Shown: positions 27,477 to 36,079 of the stretch, piece by piece | How the letters are laid out: every line of letters starts with the position of its first letter | Position numbering within the stretch: the stretch's first letter is position 1 | Origin: an uncultured Solirubrobacterales bacterium | Lineage (GTDB): Bacteria; Actinomycetota; Thermoleophilia; Solirubrobacterales; Solirubrobacteraceae | Length of the DNA stretch: 64,000 nt | Reading direction: 5' to 3' | NCBI GenBank assembly: GCA_963757165.1 | Contig: CAVWQO010000002.1 | Coordinates: 375,143-439,142, forward strand | Made by a program: the position numbers and the translations under genes | Notes under the pieces: model-generated | Told to the model about the DNA's origin: nothing | The model's input: only the letters and a program-made list of their open reading frames with translations | The model's database searches: none

Positions 27477-29552
27477 ATGCACAAGCCCGCGGATCGCATC
27501 CGCAACGTGGCGCTGGTCGGCCACCGGGGGAGTGGCAAGACGTCGTTGCACGAGGCGCTTCTGTTCGAGGCCGGCGTGGTCAACCGGCTTGGGTCGGTGC
27601 TCGACGGCACGACGGTGTCCGACGCGGACGCCGACGAAAAGGCGCGCCAGATGTCGATCTCCGCGGCGATGTCCTCGTTCGAGTGGCAGGACCGCAAGGT
27701 CAACCTGATCGACACGCCGGGGGATTCCAGTTTCATCGCCGACGCTCTGGGAGCCCTGCGGGTCTGCGAGTCGGCCGTGTTCGTCGTCAACGCCGTGATG
27801 GGCGTGGAGGTCCACACCACGCGCCTGTGGCAACGGGCCGCCGAGCTTGATCTCGCCCGCCTGATCTTCGTCAACATGCTCGACCGCGAGCGCGCCGACT
27901 TCTTCAGAACATTGGACGCGCTGAAGGCAGCCTTCGGCCAGCACGTCGTGGCGACCGAGATTCCGATCGGCTCTGAGCATGAGGTCACGGGGGTGATCGA
28001 CCTTGTTGACATGAAGGCCTACAGCTACGACGGCGCCAGCCGCGAAAACTGCACCGAGATCCCGATCCCCGACGACATGCAGGCCCAGGCCGAGGAATAC
28101 CGTGAGAAGCTGATGGATGAGGTCGCCGAGGCCTCAGACGCGCTGATGGAGCGCTACCTCGAGGGCGAGGAAATCTCCCACGAGGAGATCGTCACCGCGC
28201 TCAAGGACGGCACCAATCATGGTGCGATGTTCCCGGTCACCTGCGGGATCGCCACGCGCAACCTGGCCACCAACCGCCTGCTTGACGCGATCGTCGAAGA
28301 CCTCCCGTCTCCGGTCAAGCACGGTGGCCTAGAGGTTGGCGAGATGACGCTCGAGCCGGTCGAGGACAAACCGCTCTACGCCTACGTGTTCAAGACCCGA
28401 GCCGATCCGTTCGCCGGCCGCATCAACCTGTTCCGCGTGTATCAGGGCGTGATGAAGCAGGACTCCCAAGTGCTGAACACTCGCGCCCACAGCAAGGAGC
28501 GGATCGGTCAGCTGGTCACCTTCGACGGCGCCCAGACCGGCCACACGACGGAATTCGGCCCCGGGGACATCGGTGCCGTGGCCAAGCTCAAGGAGACCCG
28601 CGCCGGGGACTGGCTGGCGGCACGCGACGAGCCGATCCAGATGCCCAGCATCAAGCTGCCCTCACCCGTGATGGCGTTCGCCGTCGAGCCGAAGAGCAAG
28701 GGCGACGAGGACAAGGTGTTCACCGCCTTGCGTCGCCTCCAGGAGGAGGACCCGACGATCGACCTGCATCGTGATTCGCAAACCGGCGAGCAGATCGTGG
28801 CCGGGCTCTCACAGGTACATGTCGAGGTGATCGTCGAGCGCTGCAAGGCGCGCTTCGGGGCGGAGCTGAACCTCAAGCCACCCCGCGTGCCTTACCAGGA
28901 GACGATTCGCAAGCCCGCCCGGGCCCATGGACGCCACAAGAAGCAGACCGGCGGCCGCGGCCAGTTCGGCGACTGCCACATCGAGATCGAGCCGCTGGAG
29001 CCCGGCGCGGGCTTTGAGTTCGTCAACGCGATCAAGGGCGGCGTGATCCCCTCCGGCTTCATTCCTGCGGTCGAGAAGGGAATCCTCGAGGCGATGACCG
29101 CGGGCGCGGTGGCCGGCTACCCGGTCAAGGACGTCCGTGTGCGTGTCTACGACGGCTCCTACCACACCGTCGACTCCTCGGAGATGGCCTTCAAGGTCGC
29201 CGGCATGCTGGCCATGAAGGACGCGCTCGAGCAGGCTGGACCAGTGCTCCTGGAACCGATCATGCAGGTAACGGTCAGCGTCCCGGAGGAGTCTGTGGGC
29301 GACGTCATCGGTGACCTCAACTCCCGCCGCGGCCGTCCCCTGGGGATGGAGCCGGCGGCCGGAGGGATGACCGAGGTCAAGGCGGAGGTGCCGATGTCCG
29401 AGATGCTGTCCTACGCCCCGGATCTGCGCTCGATCACCGGTGGCCAGGGCGAGTTCACGATGGAATTTCTCCGCTATGAGGAGATACCCGGGCATCTCGC
29501 CGGCAAGGTGGTGGACGAGGCGAAGGCGGAGCGGGAGGCGGTCAAGGCCTAG
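27477..29552 (+). CDS. elongation factor G-like GTPase (EF-G paralog)
   Basis: Five-domain EF-G architecture: NVALVGHRGSGKTSL (G1), LIDTPGDSSF (G3), and FVNMLDR in place of NKxD (G4). Domain IV/V motifs GRGQFGDCHIEIEP, AFKVAGMLAMKDA, and LEPIM.V.V.VPEE..G.VIGDLNSRRG. Confidence 0.85.
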   Translation: MHKPADRIRNVALVGHRGSGKTSLHEALLFEAGVVNRLGSVLDGTTVSDADADEKARQMSISAAMSSFEWQDRKVNLIDTPGDSSFIADALGALRVCESAVFVVNAVMGVEVHTTRLWQRAAELDLARLIFVNMLDRERADFFRTLDALKAAFGQHVVATEIPIGSEHEVTGVIDLVDMKAYSYDGASRENCTEIPIPDDMQAQAEEYREKLMDEVAEASDALMERYLEGEEISHEEIVTALKDGTNHGAMFPVTCGIATRNLATNRLLDAIVEDLPSPVKHGGLEVGEMTLEPVEDKPLYAYVFKTRADPFAGRINLFRVYQGVMKQDSQVLNTRAHSKERIGQLVTFDGAQTGHTTEFGPGDIGAVAKLKETRAGDWLAARDEPIQMPSIKLPSPVMAFAVEPKSKGDEDKVFTALRRLQEEDPTIDLHRDSQTGEQIVAGLSQVHVEVIVERCKARFGAELNLKPPRVPYQETIRKPARAHGRHKKQTGGRGQFGDCHIEIEPLEPGAGFEFVNAIKGGVIPSGFIPAVEKGILEAMTAGAVAGYPVKDVRVRVYDGSYHTVDSSEMAFKVAGMLAMKDALEQAGPVLLEPIMQVTVSVPEESVGDVIGDLNSRRGRPLGMEPAAGGMTEVKAEVPMSEMLSYAPDLRSITGGQGEFTMEFLRYEEIPGHLAGKVVDEAKAEREAVKA

Positions 29553-29599
29553 TTCTACGGCTGGGCGCCGGTGGGAAAACCCCTGGTACGCTCGGATGA

Positions 29600-30316
29600 G
29601 TGGCGACCAGGGAAATCCGAACATCCAGTCAGGACACCATCTGCGACGTGTGCGGCAGGACATTGCTGCGCGGCGAGCAGGCCGATGTCTACCTCAACGG
29701 AGGCACCCGCCGCGCGGTCTGCGAGCTCTGTAAGGACCGCGCTCTGCACGAGGGCTGGGTCCGGGAGGGGACTGTGCCCGCGTTTCAGGACAGCGAATCC
29801 TCGGCTGATCGCCGGCGCTCCCTGTTCGGCAAGCTGCGCGGGCGGCGTGAAGGCTCCCCTCCGTCGAGTTCGGCGCCGACCCTCCGGGATGAGCTGGACA
29901 GCCGCTCGTGGTCGGAGACGAGCTTCAGCGGTTCCCCGGAGCCGGCGCTCACCCCGCGTGAGGCGCCGCCGATCCGAGAACCTCGCCACGTTCGGGCCGT
30001 GCCGACCAGCAGCGAACAGAAGGCGGCCAGCGCGGTCGAACTGTTCAATGGCTCCGAGCACCGTCGCACGGTGGCCGGGGTCGCCCGCTCGTTGGGCGCT
30101 CCGGGGGTCTCGGTGGCTCCCTCCGGCGCTCGGCCGAGCCTCGTCAACGTGGTGGTGTCGTGGGAGTTGTGCTGGTATCGCTACGAGGTGGACCTCTCCG
30201 ACGACCAGCCGAGCATCCGTGTCGCCGGCCAAGGCTACGAGCTCGCCGAGCTCACGCCGGAGGAGACCCACGCCAACGCGGTCGCCGACGAGCAGGGCAC
30301 GCTAACCCTGCGCTAG
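29600..30316 (+). CDS. hypothetical protein with an N-terminal CxxC...CxxC zinc-ribbon-like motif
   Basis: 238 aa with a GTG start. CDVCGRTLLRGEQADVYLNGGTRRAVCELC, then a Ser/Pro/Arg-rich linker, then a ~90-aa C-terminal domain (VELFNGSEHRRTVAGVARSLG...VVVSWELCWYRYEVDL). The overlapping frame 29571..30305 is Arg/Ala junk. Confidence 0.55.
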   Translation: MATREIRTSSQDTICDVCGRTLLRGEQADVYLNGGTRRAVCELCKDRALHEGWVREGTVPAFQDSESSADRRRSLFGKLRGRREGSPPSSSAPTLRDELDSRSWSETSFSGSPEPALTPREAPPIREPRHVRAVPTSSEQKAASAVELFNGSEHRRTVAGVARSLGAPGVSVAPSGARPSLVNVVVSWELCWYRYEVDLSDDQPSIRVAGQGYELAELTPEETHANAVADEQGTLTLR

Positions 30317-30410
30317 CCGTGCGCTGGCAGGCGCAAGTCGTGCGCAAGTCGTGCGCAGTCCTGCGCTGACTCGGTGCGTGGCGACGGCGCCGTCGAATAG
30401 CATCTACGCC

Positions 30411-30623
30411 GTGATCTACTGCGTCGTCCCCGAGGAGCTGTCCGACGAGCTGTTCGAAAAGCTGACGGCCTATTACGCCGAGGACCCGAACGTCACGGTG
30501 ATCGTGGACCGGCGCAAGTCCTCTCGCCGCGAGCCTGGCTCGTCCGCCGGCGGAAAGCGGGAAACGCGTGATCGCCGCCGCCCCCGCGTTCCTGGCGAGC
30601 TGCCCGAGCTCGCGACCGATTGA
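30411..30623 (+). CDS. small hypothetical protein with a basic tail
   Basis: ORF 30351..30623. The 30351 GTG lies inside 11-bp direct repeats, so GTG 30411 (VIYCVVPEELSDELFEKLTAYYAEDPNVTVIVDRRKSSRR...) is preferred. Its stop overlaps the TTG start of the RNase H gene. Confidence 0.4.
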   Translation: MIYCVVPEELSDELFEKLTAYYAEDPNVTVIVDRRKSSRREPGSSAGGKRETRDRRRPRVPGELPELATD

Positions 30624-31036
30624 CCGAAGCGCCCAGCAAGGTCATCGTCCACGTTGACGGTGGCGCACGGGGCAATCCGGGCCCGGCGGCAATCGGGGTG
30701 GTCGTCTCCGCGCCTGGCGGTGAGGTGCTGGCGGAGCTCGCCGAGCGAATCGGGGTCGCGACCAACAACGTGGCCGAATACCGGGCCCTGATAGAGGGGC
30801 TCGAACGGGCGGCCGCGCTGGGCGCCAGCGAGGTCGAGGTGGTCAATGACTCTGAGCTCGTGGCCAAGCAGCTCAACGGCGCCTACAAGGTCAAGCACCC
30901 TGCAATGAAGCCGCTGTTTCTCGAGGCCATCGAGGCGCTGAGGCAGTTCCAGAGCTGGGAGATTCGCAGCGTGCCCCGCGCCCAGAACGCCCACGCGGAC
31001 GCGCTCGTCAACGCCGCTCTTGACGGCGAGCGCTGA
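30620..31036 (+). CDS. ribonuclease HI-family protein
   Basis: VIVHVDGGARGNPGPAAIG (DGG..GNPG), NNVAEYRALIEGL, VVNDSELVAKQL, and N.HADALVNAAL carry the RNase H DEDD-type residues. Confidence 0.85.
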   Translation: MTEAPSKVIVHVDGGARGNPGPAAIGVVVSAPGGEVLAELAERIGVATNNVAEYRALIEGLERAAALGASEVEVVNDSELVAKQLNGAYKVKHPAMKPLFLEAIEALRQFQSWEIRSVPRAQNAHADALVNAALDGER

Positions 31037-31111
31037 GTATCTGTCGACGGCGGCGAGCCCCCAAAGCCGGGATTCCGCCACCCGAACCACCGCCCGCGCT
31101 ACTCTCAACCT

Positions 31112-31324
31112 GTGACCGACGCCCTGATCGAGCTCAGCGGGCGCCTGCAAGAGACCGCCGAGCGCTTGCGTTCTGGGGATCTCGAGCCAGATGCCGCCTT
31201 GGCGGTGATCGAAGAATGCGCGCGCCTGGCCTCGGAGGTCAGCTCGCAGGTCGATCAGCGTGGCCGGGCCGCACTCGAGCCGCTGCCGGACTTCCCCGGG
31301 CAGCTGCCGCTCCCGGCCGCGTAG
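31112..31324 (+). CDS. xseB: probable exodeoxyribonuclease VII small subunit
   Basis: 70 aa, helical pattern L.ETAERLRSGDLEPDAALAVIEECARLA like XseB. Its position directly upstream of polyprenyl synthase-dxs matches the classical xseB-ispA-dxs arrangement. No xseA lies next to it. Confidence 0.5.
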   Translation: MTDALIELSGRLQETAERLRSGDLEPDAALAVIEECARLASEVSSQVDQRGRAALEPLPDFPGQLPLPAA

Positions 31325-31335
31325 CCATCCCAGCG

Positions 31336-32232
31336 GTGTCTACCGTCCGCAGCGCGCCCGCCTATCCCGAACACCTGCAGGTGAAGGTCGAGCGCTACCT
31401 GGAGCAGCTGCATTTCTCCGCCGAGCCCGCCTCGGCGGGTCTCGATGAGGCGATGCGGTATTCGCTCTTGGCCGGAGGCAAGCGCATCCGGCCCGTGCTC
31501 ACGCTGGCCACCGCTGAGGCGATCGGCCTGCAACCGGACAGCGTGCTCGCGCTCGCCGCGGCGGTGGAGCTGATCCACACCTATTCCCTGATTCACGACG
31601 ATCTGCCGGCGATGGACGACGACGATCTTCGGCGCGGGCGCCCGACCTGCCACCGCGCTTTCGGCGAGGACGTGGCGATCCTCGCCGGAGACGGTCTCTA
31701 CGCCGAGGCGTTCCGGCTGCTGCTCTCAGAGCAGGAGGGCGAGCCGGCAGATCTGCTGGCTGCGGCAGCCGAGCTGGCGGCGGCCACGGGCGTACAAGGC
31801 ATGGTCGGAGGGCAGTATCTCGATGTGGCTGCCACCGCACCGTCAGGACCCGAGGGGCTGCGTCGCCTGCACGAGCTCAAGACCGGCCGGCTGATCGCCG
31901 CGAGCATCGAGTGCGTACTCCTACTGGGAGGCCCACACAAACGTGCCACAATCCCCGTGTTCCGAACCTTTGCCAGCGAACTAGGCGTGCTCTTCCAGAT
32001 CGTCGACGACATCCTCGACGTGACCGGTTCCCAGGAGTCGCTCGGTAAGCAGCAGGGCAGCGACGAACGGCTCGGCAAGCGCACCTACGTCTCCGAATTC
32101 GGTCTCGACGGGGCGCGGAGCCTGGCCCGGGAATCGCACGAACGAGCCCGCGCCGCCCTCATGCAAGCCGCGCCGGCCGGGGCGGAGCAGCTCGAGCAAA
32201 TCACCGATTTCATCGCCACCCGAACCTATTGA
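31336..32232 (+). CDS. polyprenyl (farnesyl/geranylgeranyl) diphosphate synthase
   Basis: First and second Asp-rich motifs LIHDDLPAMDDDDLRRGRPT and FQIVDDILD. The start is taken as the first in-frame GTG after the xseB stop and is uncertain. Confidence 0.88.
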   Translation: MSTVRSAPAYPEHLQVKVERYLEQLHFSAEPASAGLDEAMRYSLLAGGKRIRPVLTLATAEAIGLQPDSVLALAAAVELIHTYSLIHDDLPAMDDDDLRRGRPTCHRAFGEDVAILAGDGLYAEAFRLLLSEQEGEPADLLAAAAELAAATGVQGMVGGQYLDVAATAPSGPEGLRRLHELKTGRLIAASIECVLLLGGPHKRATIPVFRTFASELGVLFQIVDDILDVTGSQESLGKQQGSDERLGKRTYVSEFGLDGARSLARESHERARAALMQAAPAGAEQLEQITDFIATRTY

Positions 32233-34208
32233 TGACGCCCAAGCTTCTAGACCACATAACCGGACCCCAGGACCTGCACGGACTCACCGACGAGGAGCTT
32301 CAGACGCTCGCTCAGGAGGTCCGCGAGCACATCATCGACACCGTCGGCGAGATCGGCGGCCATTTCGGCGCCAACCTCGGGACCTGCGAGATCGCCGTGG
32401 CGCTGCACTCCGTGCTCAATTCCCCACGGGACAAGGTGTTGTGGGACGTCGGCCATCAGGCCTACCCACACAAGATTCTGACCGGGCGACGAGACCAGCT
32501 CACGACGATCCGCAAGTACGGCGGCCTCGCCCCGTTCTGTTCGATCGGCGAGTCCGAGCACGACATCATGGGCGCTGGGCACGCGTCGACCTCGATCGGC
32601 TACGCCGTCGGCATCAAGGAGGCCATGCGCCTCGGCCACGGTGAGAACGGCAACGTCGTCGCCGTGGTGGGCGACGGCGCGATGACCGGGGGCGTCGCCT
32701 TCGAAGCCGTCCACCAGGCCGGCGGGAGCGGCACCCCGATCGTCGTCCTGCTCAACGACAACGGGATGTCGATCGCTCCCAACGTCGGAGCCCTCTCCCG
32801 GTACTTCAATCGCGTGCGCCTGAACCCGAAGCTGTGGCACGCCCGCGAGGAGGTCGAGGGCGGTCTGACCAAGCTGCCGGCCGGCATCGGTGCGGCGTTC
32901 GAGCGGATTGGGCCCCATTTCAAGGAGTCGATCAAGGCTTTCTGGGCCCCCGGGATGTTCTGGGAGGAGCTCGACTTCGCCTACATGGGGGTGATCGACG
33001 GTCATGACGTCCGTGCTCTGCGCCGGGCGCTAAAGGAAGCCCTGGCCGCCGAGCGTCCCGTGGTGGTCCACTGTGCCACCGTCAAGGGCAAGGGCTTCGG
33101 CCCGGCTGAGAACGGCGGGCTCGAGGGCATGGAGGAATGGCACGCGGCGAAGCCGAACTCGATCGCCCACCGGCTTCCGGCGGTCAAGCCGGTCGGCGGC
33201 GGACCCGCCACCGCGGCACCGCCCCAGTACACGAAGGTGTTCGGCGAGGCGCTCGTGCGAGAGTGCCGGCGCGATGACCGGGTGATCGGGATCACCGCGG
33301 CGATGAACTCCGGGACCGGGCTCAGCATCCTCCAGAAGGAGCTCCCGGAGCGCTACTTCGACGTTGGCATCGCCGAGCAGCAGGCCATTCTCTTTGCCTC
33401 TGGTCTGGCCCTGCAGGGCTGCAAGCCGGTCGCCGCGATCTATTCGACCTTCCTGCAGCGCGCCTATGACCAGATCGTTCACGACGTCTGCCTGCAGAAG
33501 CTGAACGTGGTCTTCGCGATGGACCGTGCGGGCCTGGTGGGCGACGACGGCCCGACCCATCACGGCGTGTTCGATATTGCTTACCTGCGCTGCCTGCCCA
33601 ACATCGTGTTGATGGCCCCGCGTGACGAGGCGATGCTCGTGCACATGCTCCACACCGCGTTGCGCTACGACGACGGACCGGTCGCGCTGCGTTACCCGCG
33701 TGGAGAGGGGGTCGGTGTTCCGCTCCCCAGTCAGCCTCAGACGTTGGAAATCGGCACCGGGGAGATCCTGCGCGAAGGCGCGCGGGTGGCGCTGCTCGGC
33801 TACGGATCCGGCGTCGGCAAGGCGCTCGAGGCGGCCGAGCTGTTGGCCGAGCGCGGCATCGAGGTCACGGTCGCCGACGCCCGCTTCGCCAAGCCGATCG
33901 ACGCCGGCCTCGTCGCCCAGCTGGCCGCCGAGCACGATCTGCTGGTCACCGTCGAGGAGGGCGTTCTGGCCGGCGGCTTTGGCTCCGCCGTGTGGGAGAC
34001 GCTCTCCGACGCAGGCCTGAACGCCCGGATCCTCCGCGTCGGCCTCCCTGACGAGTACGTCACCCACGGCGCGCCCAAGCTGCTGCACGAGGAGGTCGGC
34101 TTCACCGGCCAGCGCATCGCCGAGCGAATCGAAGCCGCGGTGGATGATCAGCCGGATGACTCGCGCGCCGCGTCACCGGGCGAGGCTGGAAGCCCAGCGA
34201 GCAGCTAG
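32232..34208 (+). CDS. dxs: 1-deoxy-D-xylulose-5-phosphate synthase
   Basis: LLD.I.GPQDL..L....L..LA.E.R, GGH.G.NLG..E..VALH, DVGHQAYPHKILTGR, GDGAMTGG and IAEQ are canonical DXS motifs. ATG 32232 overlaps the preceding stop (TTGATG). Confidence 0.95.
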   Translation: MTPKLLDHITGPQDLHGLTDEELQTLAQEVREHIIDTVGEIGGHFGANLGTCEIAVALHSVLNSPRDKVLWDVGHQAYPHKILTGRRDQLTTIRKYGGLAPFCSIGESEHDIMGAGHASTSIGYAVGIKEAMRLGHGENGNVVAVVGDGAMTGGVAFEAVHQAGGSGTPIVVLLNDNGMSIAPNVGALSRYFNRVRLNPKLWHAREEVEGGLTKLPAGIGAAFERIGPHFKESIKAFWAPGMFWEELDFAYMGVIDGHDVRALRRALKEALAAERPVVVHCATVKGKGFGPAENGGLEGMEEWHAAKPNSIAHRLPAVKPVGGGPATAAPPQYTKVFGEALVRECRRDDRVIGITAAMNSGTGLSILQKELPERYFDVGIAEQQAILFASGLALQGCKPVAAIYSTFLQRAYDQIVHDVCLQKLNVVFAMDRAGLVGDDGPTHHGVFDIAYLRCLPNIVLMAPRDEAMLVHMLHTALRYDDGPVALRYPRGEGVGVPLPSQPQTLEIGTGEILREGARVALLGYGSGVGKALEAAELLAERGIEVTVADARFAKPIDAGLVAQLAAEHDLLVTVEEGVLAGGFGSAVWETLSDAGLNARILRVGLPDEYVTHGAPKLLHEEVGFTGQRIAERIEAAVDDQPDDSRAASPGEAGSPASS

Positions 34209-34239
34209 CGCGGGGAGCAACGCAGCGGCAGGGTTAAAA

Positions 34240-34271
34240 GGGAACGGCCCACCTGTTGGCGAGCCGTTCCC
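34240..34271 (+). terminator. perfect 9-bp stem-loop after dxs (possible terminator or 5' leader element)
   Basis: GGGAACGGC-N14-GCCGTTCCC lies 32 nt after the dxs stop, within a visibly lower-GC 170-bp spacer. There is no U-tract. Its 3' arm abuts GGGAGGAGAGAG-ATG (34284). Confidence 0.3.
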
Positions 34272-34283
34272 GGGAGGAGAGAG

Positions 34284-35168
34284 ATGTTTCTGCGTTTGAT
34301 CGCTGGGAGGAAGTCTGCCGAGAGGCTGCCCGAGATTGCTCAAAATCAGTGTGAGCTTGATCACGTACCGTTTCACCGCGTGAAGCGAGTTCGAATCGAC
34401 ACCCTGCTCTCAGACCGGGGCATGTTCGCCTCCCGCTCGCGCGCCGCCGCGTCCGTCCTGGCCGGTGACGTGCTGCTGCTGCCCGAGCGCCGCCGGGCCG
34501 AGAAGCCGGGTCAACTCGTGCCCGAGGACGTCGAGATCGAACTCCTCGCCCCGCCTCCGTACGTCTCCCGCGGCGGGGTGAAGCTGGCTAACGCCCTGTC
34601 CGCCTTCGCGATTGATGTGAGGGGCGCGCAGGCACTCGATGTCGGCGCGTCGACCGGGGGGTTCACCGACTGCCTGCTCCAGAACGGGGCGCAGCGCGTC
34701 GTCGCGGTCGACGTCGCCTACGGGGAGCTCGCCTGGCGCTTGCGCTCAGATGAGCGCGTGACCGTGATCGAGCGCACCAACGCCCGCGCGCTGACACCGG
34801 ACGCCCTTCCCTATCGGCCGGAGCTGATCGTCATCGATGTCTCGTTCATCTCCCTGGCCAAGGTGCTGCCGGCCGTGCTCGACTGCGCGGCGCAGCGGTT
34901 TGACTGCGTGGCCCTGATCAAACCCCAGTTCGAGGTCGGCCGGGGGCTGCTGGGCAAGGGCGGCGTGGTCCGTGACGGGGCCGCACGCCGGCAGGCGCTG
35001 GTGGACGTCGGCCGTGCCGCGCAGTCCCTCGGCGCGTCGGTCCTCGGCTACGCGAGCTCCGGGCTGCCCGGACCCAAGGGCAACCTGGAATCGTTCGTCT
35101 GGCTGGCCGAGCAGGGGAGGGGTGGCGTGGCGGACCTTGAGCGAGCGGCTCGCGAGGTGGAGCCGTGA
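34284..35168 (+). CDS. tlyA: TlyA-family rRNA 2'-O-methyltransferase (hemolysin A-like)
   Basis: S4-like N-terminus RIDTLLSDRGMFASRSRAAASVLAGDVLL, and the SAM motif ALDVGASTGGFTDCLLQNGA. ATG 34284 has a strong SD but adds 32 atypical residues. Homology begins at the in-frame GTG 34380. Confidence 0.85.
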   Translation: MFLRLIAGRKSAERLPEIAQNQCELDHVPFHRVKRVRIDTLLSDRGMFASRSRAAASVLAGDVLLLPERRRAEKPGQLVPEDVEIELLAPPPYVSRGGVKLANALSAFAIDVRGAQALDVGASTGGFTDCLLQNGAQRVVAVDVAYGELAWRLRSDERVTVIERTNARALTPDALPYRPELIVIDVSFISLAKVLPAVLDCAAQRFDCVALIKPQFEVGRGLLGKGGVVRDGAARRQALVDVGRAAQSLGASVLGYASSGLPGPKGNLESFVWLAEQGRGGVADLERAAREVEP

Positions 35169-36028
35169 AGAAGATCCGAACCGCAACGGTTTTCACCCAT
35201 CGGCGCCCAGGCGAGACCGCACCTGCGGTGGCAAGCCTGCTCGCACTGGCCCGGGAGGCGCGAGCAGTGCTTCGCTTCGACCACGAGGAGACGCGCAAGC
35301 ATGGCCTGCAGCCGGCGCCCGGGCTGGAGCTCGATGCACCGTCCTCCCCGGAGGTGGACATCTGCTTCGCGCTCGGTGGCGATGGCACGATCCTGACTGC
35401 GTTGCGTACCTACGCGGGGACGGGAGTGCCCGTGTTCGCGGTCAACTTCGGCGAGATCGGCTTTCTCGCCACCGTCGACCGTGAGGGCGCAGAGGCCAGC
35501 TTCAAGAAGGCGTTCGCCGGTGACTTCGACGTCCTCTCACTGCCCGGGATCGCGCTCGCGGGCGGCCGGGGCGAGTGGCTGGCCATCAACGACGTGTCGA
35601 TGCACCGCCAACCGGGCAAGCGCGTCGCGGACCTCTCCTATGCCGTTGGGCCCGATGAGATCGGCCGGGTGCGCTGCGACGGCCTCGTCGTCGCCAGCCC
35701 CGCCGGCTCGACGGGCTACAACTTGGCCAACGGCGGGCCGGTGATGGCCTGGGGGGTGTCGGGATTCGTCGTCTCATTCATCGCGCCACACTCGCTGACC
35801 GCACGCGCGCTAGTGGCCGCGCCGAGTGACGTGCTGCGGATCGGGAACCGATCCCGCGAGGAACCGGTGGACGTGACGGTCGACGGTCGTCCCGTCTGCG
35901 TGCTGCCCCCCGGAGAGGAGATATCCGCGCGGTTCGTCGACGATCAGGGCCACCTGGCGCAGATCGCGGGAACGACGTTCTACCACCGTCTGCGGGAGAA
36001 GTTCGGGAGGCTGGCCACCGCTCAGTGA
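35165..36028 (+). CDS. nadK: NAD kinase
   Basis: GTGA overlap with tlyA. LGGDGTIL, NFGEIGFL, NDV, and ASPAGSTGYNLANGGP. Confidence 0.92.
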   Translation: MKKIRTATVFTHRRPGETAPAVASLLALAREARAVLRFDHEETRKHGLQPAPGLELDAPSSPEVDICFALGGDGTILTALRTYAGTGVPVFAVNFGEIGFLATVDREGAEASFKKAFAGDFDVLSLPGIALAGGRGEWLAINDVSMHRQPGKRVADLSYAVGPDEIGRVRCDGLVVASPAGSTGYNLANGGPVMAWGVSGFVVSFIAPHSLTARALVAAPSDVLRIGNRSREEPVDVTVDGRPVCVLPPGEEISARFVDDQGHLAQIAGTTFYHRLREKFGRLATAQ

Positions 36029-36079
36029 GGGCTCCTCGACGGCCGGATTCCGTCCCAGGCCCCTGCTAAACCGTGATCC

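Noticed and set aside
34209-34380. 6S RNA or another known small RNA in the lower-GC dxs-tlyA spacer.
   Set aside because: The 5' and 3' ends are not complementary as a 6S closing stem requires, and I recognise no other family signature. The region is kept only as an unexplained leader in the findings.
36029-36079. A LexA SOS box (TCGAAC-N4-GTTCGA type) upstream of recN.
   Set aside because: No such palindrome is present in the 51-nt spacer or in the end of nadK.
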